Below, piece after piece: positions 39,066 through 49,199 of a stretch of 64,000 bases of DNA. The position numbers and the translations under genes are program-made. The notes beneath the pieces were generated by a model that was given only the letters and a program-made list of their open reading frames with translations, had not been told where the DNA came from and ran no database searches. Location of the stretch: contig NC_087245.1 in the NCBI RefSeq assembly GCF_037042905.1, forward strand, positions 32,428,001 through 32,492,000, read 5' to 3'. Origin of the DNA: Lytechinus pictus. Lineage: Eukaryota. Numbering within the stretch: the stretch's first letter is position 1; every line of letters begins with the position of its first letter.

Positions 39066-40594
39066 ATTAAAAATGAGTTATGCAATCCTTAATTGGGTCT
39101 GTCAAATTATTCATTCTCAAATTATATTAATATCCGAATGAGATATGTGTAAATATTGGAATATTAGACGATTCTTTGATCCTTGTATACAGTGCATCAC
39201 TGTAACCCTGCACATTTCTCTGGACATGAATTGTGATGACTTTGGCTACAGAGGGCAGTATTATTATAACAAAGGCCCCAATTTTTGCAGTTGATCGTAT
39301 ACAGTTCATTAGTACAATTGATCGCAAATGATGATCTATGCAATCCATCATTAAAACTAGCCCTATATGATCATTCACTAAGCTTTGTGATACAGAATAA
39401 ACGCATGTCTCTTTTAGAGTCCCACAACATCAATACCAAACCTCCTTAATCATACTAAACATTCATGTAAAGCACGTTTGGAATGTCTTGATGAGTAATG
39501 ATGATTTGCTTAGCATAGAAGTGTTATTCTGTTCTTTCTTTCATCTGCTCATTTATTTGAAATAATTTGAAATAATGAAATATTAAACGAGACCGTAAAT
39601 TCCTATTTCGGCGATCAAAGGAGCGTTTCATGATCAAATCACGTGTCAAATGATTTATCTGACAATTGTTTACTGAAGTAACAGTGGGACGTAAGTCTCA
39701 GTCAACCAAAACCAATGAAAGTTGTCAAACCTGAAAACTTGTCGGATGAAAAATTGGCAAAACGCTCCCCCAAATAGTATTGGTATATATTGGTACTGAT
39801 TGGTAGTTTCTTCATGACGATATCAGTTTTTGTATTTTTTTTAATTCATCTAAGAAGAATAGAACATCGCCCACCGATTTAAAGCTAATAAACACAATAC
39901 AATACAGCACGAATAATATTCTAGGTAATTCTGCAGGTTCAAACAGTACATAAATCATCTCCGATCGCGTTTGCCTTTAAAACAAACACTTGAGATCAAA
40001 ACGTCTAATATCACTGCCTCTCTATAATATGACCATTGCACGCAAACGATCTTTGGTTTCCAAATTGAAGCTGTGTTCGAGTCTTCAAGATTTCCCGTGA
40101 GCTTAATCAAAGAAATACGCTTTCGATTGATTGAATGCCGGGGTCGTCCCAATCAAGTTTCTTACACACACACCATCCATCACATCCACCTCATAAATTT
40201 AACAACTTTACCTTCAAGCGCTTGAAAGATGCACCGAACGCGGAAATTAATTATAAAAAATCCAATACTATTGTCAGTGTGTCGCGTTTTCGGTTTTAAA
40301 AATATTATTTCAAACCAAAGAAAATAAAATAAAAAAAAGTAAGGAGGGGAAAAGAAGAAACAATAGGTTGACAGATATCAGAAAAACATGACTGCGATGT
40401 TTGAATATATAATTATATCTGTTATCAAATTGGAAAAAAAAACCGTAATTATTAGGTTGCCTTGCCCGTGTAAAAATTACCTGGACCCAACCCTTTTAAT
40501 TAAAATCAGTAATCTTATCAATCATGGAAACCATGCATTCTTTCATAATATCTTCCTTTCCATAAAGGATTGTCATTTTGATTCTTCCTGGTGT

Positions 40595-40885
40595 GGCGAG
40601 GTGCCGTGGTCTAGTGGCTACGACTCTCGTCTTTCAATCTGAGGGACGTGGGTTCGAATACCAGTCATGGCGTTTTTTCCTTCAGCAAGATACTTACCCA
40701 CATTGTGCTGCTCTCGACCTAGGTGGATGAATGGGTATAAGGTAGGATTTTTACCTGAATGCTTTAGCGCCGATATAGCGGCTCAGCTACAGCCGGGGTA
40801 ATAATGATACCAAGTATCAAGTGCAGAAGAATATATGCAATATTATAGCTGCGCTATCCAAACTGGATCGTAATTATTATTATTG
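40595..40885 (+). mobile_element. tRNA-derived SINE
   Basis: Pol III A box TGGTCTAGTGG (40607-40617), B box GGTTCGAATACC (40651-40662), anticodon-like loop CTTTCAA (Glu-like), central CCTTCAGCAAG...CACATTG...CCTAGGTG...AATGGGTA domain and (ATT)n tail. Confidence 0.85.
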
Positions 40886-41375
40886 ATATTGTGTACTTTA
40901 CCTCTTTATATAAGTTAATGGTATGTTATAATAATTTGTACCTAGCTGATTAATGTAAAGCTTAACGTATTATTATCGTTATTATTATTATAAGCCAGAA
41001 AGGGGGAATAAACGGTTTTGCACGGTGGGGGGGGGGGGGGGGGCGAAAGTAGAGGCCGAACATGCATGAAATTACAATTCGATTGTCATTACCACGTGTT
41101 TTTACATGGTTTCTGAAAAAAAAAATACGTGAGGGACAACTACAGTGATAAGGACCGTTATTCATAATGTGAGTAGAGGCTCGCTTGTCATGATTCCTAC
41201 AAAGGCTTGCTTCTTATAAGGACCGCTATTCATAATATGAAATAGGGGTTGATAGAGGCGTCTCCCCAATTTATGGTCTCACCTCCCACAAATAAATGTC
41301 CCCTTAAGAAACCTGAGGAATGACGCGACAATTTTAAGTCCAAGATTTGACCACCTCATTTTGCTTTTTGTTATA

Positions 41376-42363
41376 CAGTGCGTATAAAAAAAAGTTTACA
41401 CTAAGAAAAAAATCCTGTAAAATTATACATTCGTAATATCCTGAAGATTTTTCCACATTTTTACATTGGTACAGATCCATTTAAGCAAATGACGATATAA
41501 CTGTCGAAAAATATTTCCGCGTAAGTGAATACCACTTAATTTTGAAAAGTTAGTGAAAATTGATTTGCGCAGAACTTTGAAATAGTTATGCGAATAAAAG
41601 TAAACCTTAATCATGAAGAACACGTGTAATTTAGCTAGTAAAATTGATTTGTAGATATCTTTTACCTTTTTTAACTTGTTTCATTGCCCCCAAACACTTC
41701 GAAGAGTGCATTGCGCCCCACCCCTCTCCCCCACACACCGAGGCCATCGTGACGATATTTGCTTTACACTGAGCTGTGATTTACATGGAATGGCTTAGGC
41801 TTGATTTTCATTTTGTTAATCATTGTCAAGCTTGGGAAAAGTTTGGAGAAACAAGTATTAAATGAAAAATGAAATGTAAACCCACTTTAAATGATAAAAA
41901 CTTAGTAAAAAAATGCTGGATATGTCTGATATAAACTTTTGTTTAGATTCATTTATGTCCTCAGATCCAGCGGGCACAAAAAGGGTAAAGTTTGTGCTTA
42001 CTAAGTGTTGAAATTTCAATTTGGGTGGCAAAATTGTTACAAAATGCTTGATGGTATCCGTTTTATTTCAGTTGACTAAAAGTGCAAGGGAAATGTATGA
42101 GAAATGTTTCGCAGGGTAAGTTTGATTTCGCCTTTTCCCCTTGATACAGCGTGAAAACGAGCATTTTTGCGCAAACAGATTTCTGCGAGCTTTACAAAAA
42201 TGGACAGTGCTCACTCAAGTGTAACATTCTGTCAAAACTTTTACTTTCATTGGATAGATAAGACCAAACCCCAATATTATATGTGAAAAATTTACCAATA
42301 TGTTGTATACTTTTTAATTCCCAGGGCTTTTTCAAAGTGTAAACTTTTTTTTGATACGCACTG
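41376..42363. mobile_element. Non-autonomous Tc1/mariner-type element (988 bp)
   Basis: TA|CAGTGCGTATAAAAAAAAGTTTACACT...AGTGTAAACTTTTTTTTGATACGCACTG|TA. CAGTG termini with TA TSD; no transposase ORF. Confidence 0.9.
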
Positions 42364-43046
42364 TAGATCAAAGATTTCTGGAACTACTTCCCATATGCAA
42401 GCAGTATATGGCGTCATCCAACATTAATTATATAAAAAAAAGACCGTTTGCTGGTTTGCAAACAAAATGTGTTTTATATTCCAGGATTAATGAAGAAGGA
42501 GAAGAAGGGGTGTGTAATGTTTCTTTCGCGATGTTATTGTGAGAAGACATGCATCCGTGACCGGCCAATCAGTTTGGCGTCGATGATAAAAAGTGGGATG
42601 GAATAACACCAAGACACCAGCTTCAATTTTACTTTGTGATAAAATCAATCATTCTGTCCATTACCTCTGCAAGATTGATTGAACCAGAACATTTTTTTTA
42701 TTGAAGATTAGTACCAAAGTTGTACAGCAAGGGGGGTGTTTTGCAACTGGCATTTTATTTTGCGATTTTTGGCAGTCACTGCATATCTTCCGTCAGTGAT
42801 CTGTTTTAGAAAGGGTGTATTCTAACTTTAAATCAATACTTGATACTTTGCTGTCTTTGTTTATAGCTGTATATATATATCATGAGCCTAAAAAAACAAT
42901 TTCCCAGATATATGACGAGACCCAAGATCTTGTCATCTGATCATCTCTCAAACACAGGATGTAGACATGACGAGATCCGAGATCTCGTCATCTTATCCTT
43001 TTCCCTAAGAGATGTAGACATGACTAGATGATTATACGAACACCTG

Positions 43047-45718
43047 AATCAGGGTACTAATGGATAATTCGTTTTTCCTTTCCAATCATCGCAGAGCAAA
43101 AACGGAAATCAGCCCCGTGGTTCGGTCTTTGAAAACACAAAAACGAAATCACAACGAGAAAAACGTGTTGTGATTTCGTTTTTGTAGATCAAAAACAGAA
43201 TATTGAAATCAGAAATGCTTTTGGGCTCTTTCTGATTTCTCATTCTATATTTGTGTTTGTTATATATCAAAAACAAAATCAGAACACGCTCTCCGCTCTC
43301 CGCTCCGTGATTCTATTTGGAAAAACGCAGACAGCGAAAACGAAATCGGAAACTAGCTTTCTACTTCCTGCTCTGTGATTTTGTTTTTCGCACAGCCAAC
43401 AGCCATATCGAAATACTGTTTCTGCTCGTCCTTTCTTTCAAGTATATTAAAGAGCGCCCTTACGTTTCCGATCGTTATACACGTGCATGCGTGACTATTA
43501 AATCTTCTCTCATAAATCTAACTAGTAGTATTTTAATAACTTACAGGTTTCTTTACAGTTTTTTTTTTGTGATACAACCAGCAAGAAATGGTGAATATTT
43601 TGTTTGACTTTAATAGGTTGTACTGCTTTTCAATTAGATATATATATTATGTATGTTCATCAGTGTAAGAGACTAACTAGGGGATTTAACAGGTGAAGCG
43701 TGTCTCGGGCAACCATAAAAACACTGGCATGCCCAAATGCAAGAACATTTAGGGGACCAACTTGAGTGAATAAAAGGGCATAAAATTTTTGATTTTTTTT
43801 TCAAGGGGCCCCCAAGGATATCCCAACGGCCTAGCCGGGGTAACAAGGTATACTAACTCGTAAAACTCGACTTCGGCAACGAGATAAACACTAGCTTGAC
43901 CCGATACATGCATATTAAGGGGGCTCAAATTTGCAAATTTAAAGGAATAAAGGGCTCTTTCAAGCATTTTTTTTATTTACAAAAAGGATTTTTTTTCAAG
44001 GGGCCCCCAGGGATATCCCGACGGCCTAGCCGGGGTAACAAGGTATCCTAACTTGTAGAACTTGACTTGATGGGCAACCAAACACTAGCTTGACCCGATG
44101 CATGCATATTAAGGGGTCTCAAATTTGCAAATTTAAAGGAATAAAGGGCTCTTTCAAGCATTTTTTTAATTTACAAAAAGGATTTTTTTTTAAAGTGGCC
44201 CCCAGGGATATCCCGACGGCCTAGCCGGGGTAACAAGGTATCCTAATTTGTAGAACTTGACCTGGGCAACCAGATAATTACTAGATTGACCCGGTGCATG
44301 CACATTTAGGGGGCTTAAAGTAACAAAACTAAAGGAATAAAGGGCTATTTCAAGCATTTTTTATTTAAAAAGCAATTTTTTCAAGGGGCCCTTTATTCCT
44401 TTAATTTTGTTAATTTGAGCCCCCTAAATGTGCATGCGCCGGGTCAAGCTAGTGTTTATCTGGTTGCCTGGATACCTGGTTATTCCGGCTTGGCCGTAGG
44501 GATATCCCTGGGGGCTCTTGAAAAATTACTTTTTTATTAAAAAAAATACTTGAAATAGACCTTTATTCCTTTTTTTTTTAAAGATTGAGCCCCCTAAATG
44601 TTCATTGGCCGGGTCAATCTAGTAGTTATCAGGATGCGCGAGTCAAGTTCTACAAGTTAGGATACCTGGTTACCCCGGCTTGGCCTTCGGAATAACCCTG
44701 GGGCCCCTTGAAAAAAATCCTTTTTGTAAATAAAAAAAATGCTTGAAAGAGCCCTTATTCCTTTAAATTTGCAAATTTGAGCCCCCTTAATATGTATGCA
44801 TCTCATCAAAGAAAATTGAACATAGTAAAATATTACATTCACTATCATAAATTAAAAAGCGATGTAAAAAAAAATTACACCATAAATACAAAGCTTGGTT
44901 TAAATGTACAAATATTGTGATCAACACATCCATACATTTGACAATTCTTAACGAAAATGAAGTAAAACAATGTCATGAATAAATTCTAAATCAATTCAAT
45001 TTGTTCTCAAAATATCTGATATACATTTTTTTTCTAACAAGATTGATTCCATAATTATTTTAAGGAATACATATTCTTTTCTCTTACATTGATCAACATA
45101 CATAATATATATGTCTAATTGAAAAACAGTATAACCTTATTAAGTCAAACAAACTATTCACCATTTCTTGATGGTTGTATCACAAAAAAGAACATCTGTA
45201 AAGCAACCTGTAAGTTATTATTATTTTGCCTCCGACGAAGATTCTGCTAGGATCGAAAGCTTAGGCCCCTTTTTTAATTTCTAATTATTAAAATACTACT
45301 AGTAAGATTTATGAGAGAAGATTTAATAGTCACGCATGCACGTGTATAACGATCGGAAACGTAAGGGCGCTCTTTAATATACTTGAAAGAAAGGACGAGC
45401 GGAAACCGTATTTCGATATGGCTGTTGGCTGTGCGAAAAACAAAATCACAGAGCAGGAAGTAGAAAGCTAGTTTCCGATTTCGTTTTCGCTGTCTGCATT
45501 TTTCCAAACAGAATCACGGAGCGGAGAGCGTGTTCTGATTTTGTATTTGATATATAACAAACACAAATATAGAATGAGAAATCAGAAAGAGCCCAAAAGC
45601 ATTTCTGATTTCAATATTCTGTTTTTGTGTTTTCAAAGACCGAACCACGGGGCTGATTTCCGTTTTTGCTCTGCGATGATTGGAAAGGAAAAACGAATTA
45701 TCCATTAGTACCCTGATT
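43047..45718. mobile_element. Foldback-type non-autonomous DNA element (2.67 kb): ~620-bp TIRs, internal ~190-bp tandem/inverted repeats, CACCTG duplicated at the ends
   Basis: CACCTG|AATCAGGGTACTAATGGATAATTCGTTTTTCC...GGAAAAACGAATTATCCATTAGTACCCTGATT|CACCTG. Arms ~43047-43672 and ~45080-45718. The near-identical ORFs 43317(+) and 45274(-) are just the two arms. Confidence 0.9.
45228..45266 (+). ncRNA. Minimal type I hammerhead ribozyme relic (Penelope-like element fragment)
   Basis: GCCT-CCGACGA-A-GATTCT-GCT-AGGATC-GAAA-GC-TT-AGGC. Stem I GCCU/AGGC, core CUGANGA (here CCGACGA), stem II GAUUCU/AGGAUC, GAAA, palindromic AGCU stem III. Lies in a 70-bp insertion (45221-45290) absent from the left TIR. 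Confidence 0.6.
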
Positions 45719-46624
45719 CACCTGGGTGGAACTATTAAGCTTCCATAGATTTCATATTAATAGGTTGGTTAAACAATCCCGACGGTGATTATGATTACCC
45801 AAGGTCAGGAGGAAGTAGTTTTCCTGGTAAAGGAGAGGATTGGCCATGAATAAGATTATACCAGCAATGAATAATTTTCGATTTCAAATATGAAAGTACT
45901 TATTAACTCATTACACTTAAAAGAGGATTTAGACGAGTACTTTGAAATTTTGTTTTCATTTACTGGTGACACGCATCACTTCGCATAGTACACTAACCCT
46001 AATACTCCAACGTGATTTAATGATACATTATAAGAAATCTGTAAATCGCATTTCATTATACTTTGGTACTGAACGGGAAAGTAAAAGCAGAGATCAGAAT
46101 TTAAGAAGAAAAAAAAATGGCATCAAGTGGAAGTTTTAATCAAAATATTTATGAACAGTAGAGGGCGTTTGTCAGTATCTATTGCTGCTCTGGATTTATT
46201 GCATAAACTTTTCGCACATATTTTATTCTGCAATTACAAACTGAATTTCCTACAAAATATACATTGCATGAATGTATATCGCTGTTTTCATGCCATGCTA
46301 TAATACAAATCGTAACTCTATGGAAATCCATCCGTACCATAATTTTCTACGAAAAATTTGCACGATGTCCTTTGTATGCAAAGAGAAGCGCAGTGAATTT
46401 TCAAGAAAACAATGAATGCAAAAAATATTTTGAACAAACATGCATAATAGATGTTGACGTTGTTGACCGTCCATAGTTTCGATTAATCGGATCAATCGTA
46501 AATCTTTGTAAGACGGGGCACAGGAGGGTTGTCATTCTATAAGAACTCATCTTGAAGTCGTTGCCACAAATGGCATTAATCTTTAAAGTCAAGCCCCCAA
46601 AAGTTGATTTTATTTAAAAGAGAA

Positions 46625-46780
46625 CACTATTAAAAAGGTTGGGCAACATACTGTCCACACAACAAATTATTAAAAACTTTATCAAATTCTGGGTAGTTTT
46701 AAACCAATAATGTGTTGAGTTGGATAAATTTTTCAACCAATTGTTGTGTGGACAGTATGTTGCCCAACATTTTAAGAGTG
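46625..46780. mobile_element. CACT-terminated MITE (156 bp), 2-bp AA TSD, nested in a Kolobok-like MITE fragment
   Basis: AA|CACTATTAAAAAGGTTGGGCAACATACTGTCCACACAACAA...TTGTTGTGTGGACAGTATGTTGCCCAACATTTTAAGAGTG|AA. The host begins TTAAAGTCAAGCCCCCAAAAGTTGATT at ~46583. Confidence 0.85.
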
Positions 46781-47478
46781 AACAATCAAATAACAATTTA
46801 CGAGATTTCACATTTTCACTGGGTTTTCACTATTTCCCACAAAGCATTCATATGCGTAACACGCTGATAAGATATGCAAATGAGAGAGTCGATGGTGTCA
46901 CACACACTTTATTCTTTTTTTATTAATTTTTTTTTTTTTTTTGCATTTGACAATATTAAAGAATCTTCATTAAATCACAATAGCCAATAGGATACAGCAA
47001 TACAGAATTTCCACATTTTATTAACTGTTATTACTTAGCCTTTTCTCAATTACTTAATATAAATTATTTCTTCAACTCGCTATAGGGATCCACGCTCTAC
47101 AAGCAATGCTTTTCATTATATAATTATGAGGTAAAATTGATTTTGTACTCATACTTTATTTTGTATCTGTATTTGATTTATATTTGCAATGGAAATGAAA
47201 ATAAACTTCTTGAATCTTGAATGGCAATTCCACATGTTAAGGGAAAAAATGTGCTTCACTTTATAATATATTCAGATTCAGATATTTTTATTGTCCAATT
47301 GCAATCGGTACAAATGGAAATTCAATTTGTTCGCACAAAATAATTCATAATTTCACATGATACACACAAAAGATTACACGATACATGTAGTAAACATTAT
47401 GCAAATCAAAAAGCAAAGATAAGAGAAATTAAGATAAAAGGCAGGAAGGGGGGGGGGGTAATATAATTTAGTATGGCC

Positions 47479-48001
47479 TAGTGCGTTTATCCGCCACTTT
47501 TTTACCCTATAATCATGATTCCAATCATGATTCAAATCACGATTCTGCAGAATCACGATTGCGTTTAGTCGAAATTGAATATAATCATGATTAGAATCAC
47601 AAACATGAACTACGAAAAAAAGGGCGTTTGGAAAGACGTTTCTGCAGAATCACGTACGAAAATGTTCGGATAAACGATATCGTGATTTGAATCATGATTA
47701 TATGACGTCATTGTGTCGAGCTATTTCCGGTTCTTGCCAAGGCGCGCGCCCCACGTTGTCACATCACATGTACGTCGCCGACCTCCAATTAAGTGTCCAA
47801 CGTTGACCTATACTTCCTGGGTCAAACTGCGCACTGTGATGCGCACTGGATCGGTCCGAATCCGAGGAGAAACAGCGTTGGAACGAAGGTCGTCTAAACC
47901 CTGATTCTGTAGTAATTGTGATTCATGTTTGTGATTTGAATCATGATTCCAATCATGATTCAAATCACGATTCTGGCTTGAGGTCGGATAAACGCAGCCT
48001 A
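47479..48001. mobile_element. MITE (~520 bp) with TGCGTTTATCCG TIR and internal AATCATGATT repeats (Harbinger-like)
   Basis: TGCGTTTATCCG...CGGATAAACGCA. The block AATCATGATTCCAATCATGATTCAAATCACGATTCTG occurs near both ends. Confidence 0.75.
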
Positions 48002-48479
48002 TATATGCACGGATTGAAAATGGAACGAAAGAATTTACGAAGCGTGAGGTTCTGCCGAGAAGGGATCTCAGACGTTTGCCTGACCTCATCAAATTATATA
48101 GGGAGGGCATGGTTCTCAAAGATATTTCATATTCGTATAAAATGAGCAGGTGACAGAATCAGTTCCCTTATTTGAATATCGACCCGGATGATAATGCAAG
48201 CGAAACTTTAAAATGTCATAAGTTTCTTATTTCATATCCGATTATGGTAAAGTGTTCTCGTTTTTAACTTGTTTTGTTGGCGGGGAACCCTAAATGGAAT
48301 GAAACCCTTAATTTGTAACCAGGTTTATTTAACATTAAAATCATGTAATAATTATGTGACATGGTGCATTCGTTTCCCATGTATTTCAAGATGCACGTGT
48401 TTATAAATAAATTTTGGTCAAAAGTGGTTTTAGTTCCTTTTGGGCTCTTTAAAATCTAGATCTTCATATCTTCCAAGAA

Positions 48480-48544
48480 AAAGAGAAAGAGAGGGGGTGG
48501 GAGGGGGAGGAGAGAGAGGGAGAGAGGCAGAGAGAGACAGAGAC

Positions 48545-48575
<31 letters not shown>

Positions 48576-48576
48576 T
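48480..48576. repeat. (GA)n / poly-G polypurine tract
   Basis: GAGA runs ending in a poly-G run. Confidence 0.9.
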
Positions 48577-48709
48577 ATGTAGAGCCATGGCTGGGGCCTA
48601 CTTGGGGATAGGTGAGACTACGTTTGACCTAGCTAAAGCATCCGTCACCATGCATCACCAGTTTTACATGTATAATGCTATTCACGGTTACAAGTCGAGC
48701 AAAAACTTG

Positions 48710-49198
48710 AACTCTTGACTTCTGAAATGTTGAAAAACATATCCTTTGTCAACCTGTACATGGACCACGAGCGCAGCATATTCTCTGCTCTGGAATGTAG
48801 CTCTGTGCATTAAAGAGGATTATATCTCTGCATTATCATAAACATTCTTTTATATGTTTACTGTGACATATGACGAGGGGAAAATATGAATTAATCGATA
48901 ATATTTGCATGATTTTGTTATCACTGAAAAGATGAACTTTTGACTCCTGAAATATTGAAAAACATATCTTTTGTCAACGTGTACGTGGGCCATGAGCGGA
49001 GCATAGCACTATTTATGATGTATGGTATTATCAATTCATTATGCCTCTGCTCTGGAATATAGTTCTGATGTGCATTCAACAGGATCATATCTCTGCATCG
49101 TCATAAACATTCATTCATTTACTGTGACACATGACGACAGGCTAGGGAAACTAATGAATTTATTGGTAATATTCGCATAATATTTTTCATCACTGAAA
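48710..49198. repeat. Local tandem duplication (~225-265 bp units) immediately upstream of the GH3 start codon
   Basis: GAACT.TTGACT.CTGAAAT.TTGAAAAACATATC.TTTGTCAAC.TGTAC.TGG.CCA.GAGCG.AGCATA...TCACTGAAA occurs twice (~48710-48930 and ~48934-49198). Confidence 0.85.
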
Positions 49199-49199
49199 C

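Noticed and set aside
40595..40670. tRNA-Glu gene
   Set aside because: Stems are degenerate and the sequence continues into a SINE body and (ATT)n tail, so it was called a SINE.
43317..45507. Near-identical ORFs at 43317(+) and 45274(-) suggesting duplicated genes
   Set aside because: They start at TTG and are simply the two arms of the inverted repeat, with no recognisable protein features.
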